DNA of 61,271 nt, counting the filler. It is 10 parts of 10 records of this genome, joined end to end, with 100 filler letters (N's around TTAATTAATTAA, not from the genome) between each part and the next. Parts side by side here need not be neighbours in the genome. Positions count along the whole stretch, not along the records: positions 29,772 to 35,962 come from SRR31147125_365830; positions 36,063 to 42,293 come from SRR31147125_365859; positions 42,394 to 48,484 come from SRR31147125_376487; 7 more parts are not named here. One strand, 5' to 3'. Below, piece after piece: positions 33,165-44,488 of this stretch. The translations under genes were made by a program, and so were the position numbers. Position 1 is the first letter of the stretch; each line of letters starts with the position of its first letter. Below the pieces are notes generated by a model that saw only the letters and a list, made by a program, of their open reading frames with translations, was not told the DNA's origin and did no database searches.

Positions 33165-34346
33165 ATGAGTGATAGAAAGAGCATTTTCAAACACGCCAAA
33201 CGCATTGTCGTGAAAATAGGAAGCGGTGTTCTGACCCTGAATCATGGGCTGAACATCGATGTCATTACCCGCACCAGTGAGCAGATCAACCAGCTGCGCC
33301 GGGACGGTGCGGAAGTGATGATCATCTCATCCGGTGCCATTGCCACCGGAGTCAAAAAGATCGGCTTGGAAAAACGTCCTGACGGCATCCCTGCCAGACA
33401 GGCCGCATCCGCACTGGGGCAGGCCGGACTGATCCTGGAGTGGGAGCACGCCTTTTCCAGATTTGACAGCAAAGTGGCCCAGCTGCTGCTGACAAGAGAA
33501 GATTTAAGTCATCGGCGGCGCTATCTCAATGCACGAAATACCCTCAATCAGCTTCTGGCCTGGAACACCATTCCCATCATCAACGAAAACGATACCGTTG
33601 TTTTTGAAGAGATCAAACTGGGGGACAACGACAACCTGGCCGCCATGATCACCCTTCTGATGGATGCCGATATTCTCATCAATCTCACCGATATCGACGG
33701 GCTTTACGACAAAGATCCCAGGGTCCACTCCGATGCCGAACTGCTGACATCGGTGTCCACCATTACGGAGGAGATGGAAGATGCGGCCGGCGGAATTCCG
33801 GGGAATCTCGGTACCGGAGGTATGCTCAGTAAAGTGACGGCGGCCAAAAAACTGACCTCCGCCGGAATCCCCATGATCATTGCCGGAGGCCTTAATGAAA
33901 CTATCATCTCCGACCTGGTGGCCGGAAAAGAGAAAGGCACGTTCTTCCATCCCGCCGGCAAGAAGATGAACAGTCGAAAATGCTGGATTGCCTTCAATCT
34001 CAAACCGGAAGGGGCCATTGTTCTGGATGAGGGAGCCGAAAATGCGGTGACCCACCGCGGAAAGAGCATCCTACCCATCGGCATCACCGACGTGATTGGT
34101 GATTTCTCCATGGGCGCCCCGGTGGATATCCGCTCGGCGGCAGGCAATCACCTGGGACGCGGCCTTGTCAATTACCCCTCCTCGGAAATCAGAAAAATCA
34201 TGGGCCTAAAAAGCAACAAGATCCGTCAGGTTCTCGGTTCAAACCCCTTCGACGATGTCATTCACAGAGACAACCTGGCTGTAACCTGTTTATGTGCAAA
34301 GGATAACGAACTATGTCCACATCACCATCATCATCCGCATCAATAG
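33165..34346 (+). CDS. proB: Glutamate 5-kinase with PUA domain
   Basis: VVKIGS, SSGAIA, GQ, PIINEND, GDNDNLAA, GTGGM.SK, C-terminal PUA domain ending IHRDNL. Confidence 0.96.
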   Translation: MSDRKSIFKHAKRIVVKIGSGVLTLNHGLNIDVITRTSEQINQLRRDGAEVMIISSGAIATGVKKIGLEKRPDGIPARQAASALGQAGLILEWEHAFSRFDSKVAQLLLTREDLSHRRRYLNARNTLNQLLAWNTIPIINENDTVVFEEIKLGDNDNLAAMITLLMDADILINLTDIDGLYDKDPRVHSDAELLTSVSTITEEMEDAAGGIPGNLGTGGMLSKVTAAKKLTSAGIPMIIAGGLNETIISDLVAGKEKGTFFHPAGKKMNSRKCWIAFNLKPEGAIVLDEGAENAVTHRGKSILPIGITDVIGDFSMGAPVDIRSAAGNHLGRGLVNYPSSEIRKIMGLKSNKIRQVLGSNPFDDVIHRDNLAVTCLCAKDNELCPHHHHHPHQ

Positions 34347-35652
34347 CATCCACTTCCACCCCTGAAATGAGTGATTCCGTTGGAGTCACCGATCCGGCCA
34401 CCATCGACGCCGTAGTCGTCGACACGGCAAAACAGGCACGGATCGCCTCAAGGGCAATGGCGGTGGTATCCACCGACCAAAAAAACAGCGTCCTCCATGC
34501 CATTGCAAAGAAACTGACAGCCAATGAGGCCCGAATCCGGGAAGAGAATGCCAAGGATCTGGAAGCAGGCCGGACCAAAGGGCTGTCCGCTGCCATGCTG
34601 GATCGTCTGACCATCTCTTCCGCCACCATTGCCTCCATGGTCAAAGGTCTTCAAGAAGTGGCGGAACTTACCGATCCTGTTGGGGAAATCACCAAAGAGT
34701 GGCAACGCCCCAACGGACTGGAGGTCTCAAAAATGCGCATCCCCTTGGGGGTCATTGCCATGATTTACGAATCCCGTCCCAATGTCACGGTGGATGCGGC
34801 AGCCCTCTGTTTGAAAGCGGGAAACTGCTCCATTCTGAGAGGCGGATCCGAGGCATTTCACTCCAATATGGTGCTGGCCGGACTGATTCAAGAGGCGCTT
34901 ATTGAAAACCATGTCCCCAAAGAAGCCGTTCAGGTGCTGCCCACCACCGATCGAGAAGCGGTCACCATCCTGCTCCAGCAGGAGGAGTCCATCGATCTGG
35001 TGATCCCTCGCGGGGGGAATCCCTGATCCGTTATGTGGTGCAACACGCTTCCATCCCGGTATTGAAACACTACAAAGGCGTCTGTCACGCCTATATCGAC
35101 AGGGCGGCGGATCTGACCATGGCGGCCGAAATCAGCATGAATGCAAAAGTACAGCGCCCGGGGGTCTGCAATGCCATGGAGACCCTGCTGGTGCACGGCA
35201 GTGTTGCCGCATCCTTTTTGCCGTCTGTGGCAGAGCCGTTGATTGCCGCCGATGTGGAGCTGAGAGGATGCCCTAAAACATGTAAAATCCTACCCGACAT
35301 CAAGGCCGCAACGGAAGAAGACTGGGATACCGAGTATGTGGACCTGATCCTCTCGATCAAAGTGGTGGAGAGTATGGATGAGGCCATGGCCCACATTGCC
35401 GTCTACGGTTCCGACCATACCGACATCATCGTGACATCCGATTCAGAGCGCGCAGAGCGATTCATCAGACACGTCTCTTCCTCCATGGTCGGAGTAAACG
35501 CCTCCACCCGATTCAACGACGGCGGCGAGCTGGGCCTTGGCGCGGAGATCGGTATCAGCACCTCAAAACTCCACGCATTCGGCCCCATGGGACTTGAAGA
35601 GCTGACCGCCACAAAATTTGTGGTTCGGGGAGAAGGACAGATTCGACGGTAA
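34313..35652 (+). CDS. proA: Gamma-glutamyl phosphate reductase (frameshift near 35015)
   Basis: [65 protein letters not shown]. Confidence 0.96.
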
Positions 35653-35670
35653 ATCCATGACGAGGGAACC

Positions 35671-35962
35671 ATGACGGGAAACCGAAAGATCGGCTTATAT
35701 GGCGGCACCTTCAATCCCGTCCATAACGGACATCTCAAGGTGATCACCCATGTGAAAAAGGTCTTTGGTCTGGACGTCGTTCATCTGATTCCCTCGGCAC
35801 GCCCTCCCCATAAATCAACGGCCCACCTCGCTCCGGCAGAAGACCGCCTTAAAATGGTTCAAGACGCCGTTGCCCATCTCTCCGGCGTATCGGCATCGGA
35901 TATTGAACTCAAACGCCTGGGGCACTCCTATACCATCGACACCCTCCGCCAATTTGTCCCCC
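35671..35962 (+). CDS. nadD: Nicotinate-nucleotide adenylyltransferase (3'-truncated)
   Basis: GGTFNPVHNGH, PPHK, SYTIDTL. Confidence 0.93.
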
Positions 35963-36062
35963 NNNNNNNNNNNNNNNNNNNNNNNNNNNNNNNNNNNNNN
36001 NNNNNNTTAATTAATTAANNNNNNNNNNNNNNNNNNNNNNNNNNNNNNNNNNNNNNNNNNNN
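35963..36062. other. Artificial contig linker
   Basis: N44-TTAATTAATTAA-N44. Confidence 0.98.
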
Positions 36063-39000
36063 CGGGTTCGCCCGTAGAGCGCTTCAAGCCTGCAAAGGGC
36101 TTGAAGCCATCAGTATTGCCCAAGATTGCAATGGAAGACCGGGAACTCTCCCCTAGATACTGTCGTGCCAGACGACAAAGAGTGGTGCGATCGACATCAA
36201 GAAGCCCGTGGCGGTGGCTGTGTGCGGGGGTTCAACCCATTGTCCCACCAAACCAAAGCACACAACGTTTGGCCTCGCACCGTTGTGTGATGTCATACGT
36301 CATGCCATACAGAAATTCGGCGACGCCCTTGTCATTGGGTGCGACAGGGGCATCGACCCCTTGAAACACCTGGATCTTTGCTTCTTCGATGTCCTGTTCC
36401 CACCCTCGTCAGAGAACAGAAGTGGAGGGAGACACACACGTACCTTGTCTGAGAACTTCCCCTCTGCGGCCCAGTCGACAGCTCGCTGAAATGCGTCGAG
36501 TGTAGCCTTCGTGTTGGGATCTCGATAGGAAAGAAACGACCAATTCCTCTGAATGCCACCCGCCTCGCAGAATCCACCATAGGCGCCTCCTTTCTCACGC
36601 ACCTACCACCAACGAAATTACAAAGGCAAATCAAGAAGCGTCATACCTCGCGATGAACATAGTTGAGGCTGACAAGTTTTGCCAGGACGCGCAGTGCTGA
36701 ATTGTCTTCATGTGTGTAGGGAACACCAGGGAAGCTCTGGGCAACAAAATTCACGGGAGAATCCATTGTCATGAAGGTACGAGGAAGTGAAGACGGAGTG
36801 GAGAATAGCAGCGATTCATGACTCTGCTACATCTCTCGTCTCGTGATTCGTCCCCCGCCACACACACACGTGCACGCACGCACCAACAACTCTCCTCGTT
36901 CTCTTCCCAAGTCCGGGAGGTCGTTGAGAAATTCCTCCAGAGCCTGTTGTGTTTCCATACGTGCGTCACGTTCGGCCACCACCAGAATCCTCCGTCTCGA
37001 CTTGTCAAGCAGATAGCAATTGATTTCCTGTTAGACACTCGTGTCATGGCTTCCACAAGGGAAATACGAGAACATACAGCAAACTTTTCCGCCAGGTGTG
37101 TAAGCACATCCTCGCATGATCCAGGGAAGGCATCTTCACAACCTGCATTCGCTAACCAATTGACAAATTGAACCTGTGAGATCCCTCCATAGAACTCGGC
37201 CGCATACTACGCGGATCGTGTCCAGTGTAAACCTCTTCCCTCTGACTGGGGAGAAATGCATACACGCACACTCTGAGGGTCAAGGGGAGCTCGGGCTAAC
37301 AATCGAGCGAACTTGTGTCCGTCCTCCTTCACGGCCAAGGCGAACGATGCCGAAAGCGATGCAAGCGTTGTCCACATCACCTCGCGGTTCTCGCGATCGA
37401 ATCGTGGGTGTGCAAGCATGTCTCGAAGGAGATTCAACGCGGGTCGTGTGTTGCGGCGAAGAAAGTGCACCCCAAAGCCCACATACTCATCGTATTCCTG
37501 CTGATCTGACCACAGAGTCGGTGGGGCCCTAGAAACTCGAGGTATCGCACCATGCAATGTACCCAGAGATTCCACGGTCGAGGAGATACCGCCAATGTAC
37601 GTCTCTTTTTGAATGTGCCAATCATCCAGTGCATGTTCTCCGCAGGCCACACTGCTCAAAAGCTGCACGCATTGTCACCCAAGGGAAACAACCTCAAACA
37701 AGGAAGCACGCGCACAGTTGTGTAGATGGGTACATATTTCTTCAAATCATTCGGCAAATCCTTCACGGATACGCACAGACGAAGGGAGGTGACATCATTC
37801 GTCGGCTGCTCACTCCACGACACAGCCGTGTTCTGCAAGTGGGTGGTGTGTAGCTCAATACGCTCCAAAGGATCCTGGGGAACATCACGCAGATGGATCG
37901 TTGGCAAACAGGACGGATCTGGTGAGAAACGAAACACAAATCAGAGAACCATGGAGATGCGGTATCGTACCTCCTGGATTCTCTTGGGCAGCATTGAGAT
38001 TCACTCCTTCTTGTACAATTCGCTTTGTATCGCTATCCGTTAGTTGAGCGGAGAGGTTTGCCAAGGCGAGTTGCTCTTGTTCGGCCTTGATGTCAAAGTA
38101 GGTATCATCTGCCGCCTCCCCTCGTTTACTTGACACCTGACAGGACTGTTCGCACCTGGTCGCATAATCAAGATCACAGGAGGATTGTTTGGGTTGAGCA
38201 GGTACTTGTTGATGCGATGCTCGAAAAAGTGTCCTCTGCTTATTTCCTCCTTCAGTTTTTCCAAGATCTGAGGAGTTGTCAGAAGGATAGAAGGGTATCA
38301 CCACCACCATCACCATCGCTTACGTGCAAGATCCTCAATCCTCCGACAGGGTCAGCCTCAAGGTTCCACGAATGGAGTGCCGATGTCATCAGCGACAGCC
38401 CAAAATCGGTCCGTTTCTACATACACACGTATATGAATCCAGGCAGGGGCAGTGGCATACCAGGGACATCGCTCACATGTTTGAGACCAAGCTCAACCTG
38501 ATGAATGAATGCCTCCACTCGTCTCATGTCGAATTCTTCTTCGGCACCCTTACGCAGCTGCTCGTAGATCACATCGATCACCTTCTGTTCATCCCCTTCG
38601 GTCACACCCGAGAGTCCAATTGCGAAATTCGTTCGCCTGAACCAGTGTGTGTCTGGGAAATGCAACACCCACACCCACTCTTACCTATTCGATGGATCAA
38701 ATCCCGTCCCTGGGGCATAGTCCATCCCCATTCCACTCAAAAGGAGGGCCTTAAACATGGGAGACGGTGGGCCCGCTAACAACATTTCACTGAGCACTCG
38801 CATGGCAACACTCTCGAATGCATCCTGACGAATCACTCAGCACTCTCAAGAACACCCCACCCCACATCCAGCGCACACACCTTTGCATCATGAATAAGCC
38901 ACGCAATCGCTACCTTCACCTGTCGTTCCCGTGGCGTCACTGAGGGCAAAGCATGATGGGTTGCGGAGTTGTTGTCACAAGCACACAGACAGATACGGGC

Positions 39001-40438
39001 GTACTCTCATCCACGGGACCTGTCACGTGAATCTTGTGAGAGTCCGTGGGTAAGGGTTCCAGAGCGATCATAGTGTCCTCCCGCTGGCGATCGAAGGGTT
39101 CCAGGACAGAATCCAAGAACTGCACATGATTCGACACCGGCAAATCTCCTGCGCATCCATGAACAGAGACAAGAACGTACAAAGAGGAGTCGTACCGTAG
39201 GTGACAAACTGTGCATTGGAGGGATGATAGTGCTTGCGATGAAACTCTTTAACTTTTTCAAACGTCAACGTGCGGATATCCTCTGGATCGCCACCAGAGT
39301 TAACTCCGTACGTTGTGGTTGGGTAGAGGGCCCGCATTAACTGATCAATGAAGACGGAAGATGGGTCTCCCTGAACGAAATCAATTGTTCGTTGAGTGGG
39401 TTCCCTCTGTTTCCCTCTCAATCCCCACCCACCATCGCTCCCTTCATCTCGTTGTAAACAATACCTTTGAAATGTAAGGGAGTCGTTGGATCTGGGCACG
39501 GGGAGGAGAGTTCAACAGATACCGCGCGATTCCCATGGCAACATACCATTTGCCTGCGCAAATTCAAGGCGGATGCCCTCTTGCCTGAAATCTTGTTCCC
39601 GCAAGAGAGGCCGGAAGACACTGTCGAAGTATACCGCCATCAGATTATAGAAGTCTTGTTCATTTTGGGTAGAGAAGGGATACCACGTGTGATCGGGGCC
39701 TTCCGGACACAATCAGGGCATTCATTGAAACATGTAAACATGTGCGGGTGTGTGTGCACTCCCTACCCGTCATGGCATTCATGAATGTGTTGAGACTGCG
39801 CTTAATCATATTAAAGAATGGATCACGAACAGGAAACTCGTGTGATCCACAGAGTGTTGTGTGTTCGAGAATATGAGCCACACCCGTGGAATCCACGGGT
39901 ACGGTACGAAGGGATATGCTGATTCGGGGAGTCTGGGGTGAGGAACACAGACGCATCGTCGTCGCCCTACGTCACAAACGCAAAGACATTGTTCATATCG
40001 GAAGCGTCAAAGTGAAGAAGTCGTGCACCGGTTCGATCGTGTAGGAACTGGAAGGCTGTGGCCCCAACGTCCGGAAGACACTCCACCTGACGTCCCAAAT
40101 GTGTCATTGTTTGAAAAGTGGCATAAGTGTTCCCTCTACGAACCCTTTGGACGGTGAACCCGTGGAGGACATCCCCCACACGATGGTGCGACACCCCGCG
40201 CTCTGGATCGATTGAGTCGAGCGATTGGACACCCCTCCCCTCTCTCCAAGGACTCACCTCTCCCACGTGATGTTTGAGGATGGAATTCCTGTGTTCCCGT
40301 TTGGATGCGTCGTGTCGATCGTGTCATAGGTCTTGTAGACACCCATTGTGTCCTAATCACCGCACGAGTGTGTCCCGCCGTCATCCATAGGGGACATCCC
40401 CATCCTGCACGGGCCACACGGGCCAGCAGGGCACACAT
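36063..40438 (-). CDS. PITRM1: Eukaryotic presequence protease (M16C; PreP/Cym1/PITRM1), multi-exon, extreme C-terminus cut off
   Basis: [83 protein letters not shown], with GT-AG introns between. Confidence 0.92.
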
Positions 40439-42293
40439 GGGAAGGAAGAATCAGAAGTCTCGTTCATTTCCGCTGTGGAGGCTCAATGACGGGGGTGGAG
40501 TGACGGCGGACGCAGAGTATGCTGCTCTCTTGCGAAAGAGCCAGAGTATGTTTGAAGGGTTGAGGTATGTGACGTGGGGACGGGTGTGGGGAGTCCATTG
40601 ACACACATGACACCCGCGCCAGAGACCTTCCTGAGTACCATAAGACACAGTGGGAGCCTCATTTCCAACGAACGTTCGAGTTGTACACAAAGGTCCCTCG
40701 TGTGTCATCCGTCCATCCATCCCACCCCCACCTCACGTCGTTCTCCAGCTGTGGAAGTTCCAACAAGACCATCGGTACTTCGTTTCAGAGGAGGGGGATC
40801 CCTCTGATGCCCTTCTTCCTTCCCCTTCAGGGCCACACTAGAGAAGAGCAGTAAGCCTTTGAAACGATGGGAAGTTGGGGAGATTGCGTCCAAGATAGGA
40901 CAGCTATACTACCATTACTAGTGCGTTCGTGTCTTGTAGGATCGTGTCCTGACTCCTTCACCAGTCTTCGTACAAGCGATACAACGTACCTTCGCGAGGC
41001 ATTCGTTTTCTATGATGCCATTCGACAACGAAGGTATTTCAAAGATGTCGTGGAAGAGAATAGGTAGGGCGTAGAAGATCTATCTGGTTTTATTCATGTC
41101 TTCTCGCGTGGGCTGCTGGGTAGTGTTCTCTTGACAGTCAAGAATCTCCGATACAACGCTCGATTCATGGTTGTGTGTTTGTTGTTGAACAAGAGAGTCC
41201 TTGTGAGGACCCTGTTGGATGAAATGCGGGAGCTCGTTCTCGCCTACAACAGGAATTTTCATCAACCTGATTTCTCGGAGTGGCAGATGGTGCTTGTGGA
41301 GGTAGAGAACTTCCTCCGTGTACGTATGCCTTGTGTATGCGGCACATCCGCTCGTGATCTCACGTGTCTTCAAGGCGGATTCCTTCTTGCACGTCGTGAC
41401 CGAGTCTGGAGACGTCGTTCCTCTTCGCCGCCGTCTGCCCCATCCTTCCTCACACGGGCGAGCCTTCCTTCAAGATGCTATTCTTGTTGGAAACTGTGTT
41501 CAACAGGTTGGTTGGAGAGGATCGCATTCTGAGGGCTCACTGTTCTTCTTCAAAGGTGAAATTCAGTGAACTCACCCTCGACATGTTCCGAATGCTTCAA
41601 TCCCTCGAAAGGGAGATTGACACGGAAGATCCTATCAAGGTGGTACACAGATCTCACCACGTGCGCATGTTCTCACCGTCGATAAGGGTGGAGCAAAGGC
41701 AGGGAAGCCCTCCAATCCCCGAAAGTTCTTGTTGTATCGACCATCGTTTGGGAAGCTATACGAAACACTCTCCTTTGCCCTTTCCGTGCGTTGCGATTGA
41801 TGTCGTTCTCCTTCTCACGTCATCGGATCCATCAGGACTCCTTGAACGATGCAGCCCTTCTCCTCTACCTCTCGGGGTTGGATCCCCACGGCACGACGGA
41901 TTGATGGGTGCGATGTGCCGATCTCATCGTGGGTCTGATTTTCTTCCTCTCTCTCTCCGCATAGAGACGGGACGACCTGATGAACACGGCGGGATTATGT
42001 TAAGTGCCCCCATGACACCCCGCAAAGAACGCCGAGATGATCAATGCACGACGCCTCACTGTCTCTATCCGTCCGATCTGAAGCCCATGACGCGAAGACC
42101 CTTGTTTTTGATTGTTGAGAGCAGCATGAGCCAGGCGTTCAAGGTTCGTTGTTTGTTAGGTTCGTCGAGTCCTTATCCCGTGCCTACAGGCCCTTGAAGC
42201 CGGCTACGGACAGCCTCTTGTGTGTTTGTTCTCTCCAACCGAACGTCTCGAACATCTCCAAGGTCTCTCTCTCTCTCTCCCTCTCTCTCTCTC
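40437..42293 (+). CDS. SCAI: Eukaryotic SCAI homolog, at least 12 exons (3'-truncated; start uncertain)
   Basis: The spliced reading gives FEGLRDLP.Y, YTKLWKFQQ.HR, LKRWEVGEIASKIGQLYYHYYLRTS, LRY.ARF.VVCLLLN, VKFSELTLDMFRMLQ.LERE, NP.K.LLYRP, GQPLVCL.SP. Confidence 0.92.
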
Positions 42294-42393
42294 NNNNNNN
42301 NNNNNNNNNNNNNNNNNNNNNNNNNNNNNNNNNNNNNTTAATTAATTAANNNNNNNNNNNNNNNNNNNNNNNNNNNNNNNNNNNNNNNNNNNN
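42294..42393. other. Artificial contig linker
   Basis: N44-TTAATTAATTAA-N44. Confidence 0.98.
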
Positions 42394-43649
42394 ATATACC
42401 TGACACCGCCGGTCTGGCGGGTGTCGTCCAGTTCCCGGGCGATCCGGTTGGTTTCGGCATAGAAATCGTGGTCATCTTCCGACTCGTTGATCCGGACTCC
42501 CCAGAGGATGATGGAGGGACGGTTCCAGTCCCGGCGGATCATGTCCCGCACATCACGGCAGGCGTTCTCTTTCCACGTCCCGTCTCCGATGTGCTGCCAT
42601 CCGGGAATCTCTTCAAAGACCAGAAGCCCGATTTCGTCGCACCTGTCCAGGAAATGACGGGACTGGGGATAGTGGGAGGTCCGTACCAGGTTCAGTCCCA
42701 GCTCGTACTTCAGCCGGTCCGCGTCCTGTCTCTGCTCCCGTTTCGGCATGGCATACCCCGCATAGGGATAGGACTGATGCCTGTTCAGACCCCGAATTTT
42801 CAGCAGCTGTCCGTTGAGGAAGAACCCGGTGTCCCTGAACTCGGCGGTGCGGAATCCCGTCCGGTCTTCGTACAGGTCGCTCCCTTCATGGGAGGCCCCG
42901 GTCAATTCGGCCCGCACCGTATAAAGGGCGGGATTTTCGGGGGTCCAGAGGGAGAGGCCCGACAGATCATTCAATGTGATCTCATGGACAGAGTCGCCCG
43001 GAGGAGCCGCAATCGGCTGTTCTTTTTCGGCTGTGCCGGACAGGGAGAGAGACAGAGTCCTCTTCTGTTCCCGGTCCGTGGTATTCCGGATGAATACCCG
43101 GGCGGTCAGTTCCTTTTCCCTTTCCAGGATCCGGCCGGGACGGGCAAACAGGTTCTCGATGTAAACCGCGGGAACGGTCCGCAGACTGACTTCCCGGTAG
43201 ATTCCCCCGTAAGTCAGATAATCCACCACCTTACCGAAGGGAGGGATATCCTCCCTTTCGGTGGAATCGACACGGACCGTCAGAACGCAGGTCCCGCCGG
43301 GTTCACAGAGATCGGTGATATCGACGGCAAAGGGAGTATACCCCCCGTCATGACCGCCGGCAGCCTTCCCGTCGATCCAGAGATCGCAGGCTGTCATGAC
43401 CCCTTCGAAATCCAGGATCACCCGGTCTCCGGCAGGGACGGCGGGGACAGGGAGCTCCCGCCGGTAGGTGCTGACAAACTGATACTCTTTTTCGTCGAAT
43501 CCGTTGTAGGGCAGCTCCCGGTTGGTATGGGGCAGGCCGACAGCCTGCCATCCGCCGTCCGGGACATACCCTTTGTCTGTGAACTCTTCCCGGAATTCCG
43601 GCCGGTAGAGCCAATCCCGGTTGATGGATTTTACATCTCTCCTGATCAT
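42394..43649 (-). CDS. GH2 beta-galactosidase (3'-truncated)
   Basis: FEGVM, GGYTPF, DYLTYGGIYREV, GLNRHQ, RTSHYPQ, NRPSIILWGVRINES (acid/base NE). Confidence 0.92.
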
Positions 43650-44314
43650 TTCCCGTCCTTGTCGACCAATATGTTATCAAGCAGTGTTGCGATAAGCATG
43701 CTCAGTTGTTCTTCCGGATCGAACTGCTCATCCCGGGACGTGATATGCCCGCGGTTCAGCAGCTTCTGCGCCAGAGCGGTAACAGCCAGTCCGGAAATGG
43801 AGAACAGGGCATGGAGATTGGGCAGATCCTTCAGGGAGCCGTCGGCAATCCCCTCCTCCAGGACACCGTCTTCCACCCGGTCGTTTTCGGCCAGGACCTG
43901 TTCATACCGGGTCATGGCCTCGGGCCTCTTCGGAAGACGGGAGATAAAGTTGTCAAAGTCCTCCAGATACCGGAAAAAATCGGGATTCTCCCGGAAAAGC
44001 CGGAGGAATCCGTCCAGGATGGTTTTCAGTTTCTCCGCCCCGGTGGGACTGCTGCCTGCCGCTTCGGTCAGAGGGGTGTACCCGTTCTGCCAGTTCAGGA
44101 TGGCAGCCTCGACGGCCAGCTCTCCCTTGTTGGTGAAGTACCTGTACACAGAGGCAACACCGATTTCCGCCCGGTCGGCAATCTCCTGTATGGAAGAGGC
44201 TTCGATCCCCTTCTCGTTGAAAAGGGCCAGGGCCGCTTTGACGACATCCCTTCGCCGCTGCAGTTTCTGCTGCTCCGCTTCCCGTTCCCTTTTTTTCTGC
44301 AATTCAGAACTCAT
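43646..44314 (-). CDS. TetR/AcrR family regulator
   Basis: LFNEKGIEASSIQEIADRAEIGVASVYRYFTNKGEL HTH. Overlaps the GH2 start. Confidence 0.92.
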   Translation of the reverse strand: MSSELQKKREREAEQQKLQRRRDVVKAALALFNEKGIEASSIQEIADRAEIGVASVYRYFTNKGELAVEAAILNWQNGYTPLTEAAGSSPTGAEKLKTILDGFLRLFRENPDFFRYLEDFDNFISRLPKRPEAMTRYEQVLAENDRVEDGVLEEGIADGSLKDLPNLHALFSISGLAVTALAQKLLNRGHITSRDEQFDPEEQLSMLIATLLDNILVDKDGK

Positions 44315-44387
44315 ATCCAGTCTCCTTATCTTATCCTGGCCGCCCGGGGCGGTCCGATATATTATTTATACTCCGACCCTCCAGATT

Positions 44388-44459
44388 GGATAGCGTTCCC
44401 ATCTCAATGATAGCATGACTATCACATGAAAGAATAAAACGTATTTCCGGAAAGGTCAA
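44388..44459 (-). promoter_or_regulatory. Sigma70 promoter with tandem candidate TetR operators
   Basis: Minus strand TTGACC-17-TATTCT (44459-44431). Inverted repeat TGATAG-N5-CTATCA at 44408-44424 and an imperfect copy at 44388-44404. Confidence 0.55.
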
Positions 44460-44488
44460 GAAAGAAATTCTCATCCAACAGCTATTAT

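Noticed and set aside
35671-35962. nadD as part of the nicotinate catabolic system
   Set aside because: It is on a different contig and in the ordinary obgE-proBA-nadD context.
24209-42293. Eukaryotic genes flanking bacterial genes, suggesting horizontal transfer
   Set aside because: They are on separate contigs divided by artificial linkers.
42265-42293. CT microsatellite at the contig end, and CA tracts in contig E
   Set aside because: Ordinary intronic low-complexity sequence.
42468-44393. 641-aa plus-strand ORF and other long antisense ORFs (3803-5314, 5626-6792, 15648-16694, 51314-52375)
   Set aside because: These are shadows of real high-GC genes on the opposite strand and show no recognisable motifs.
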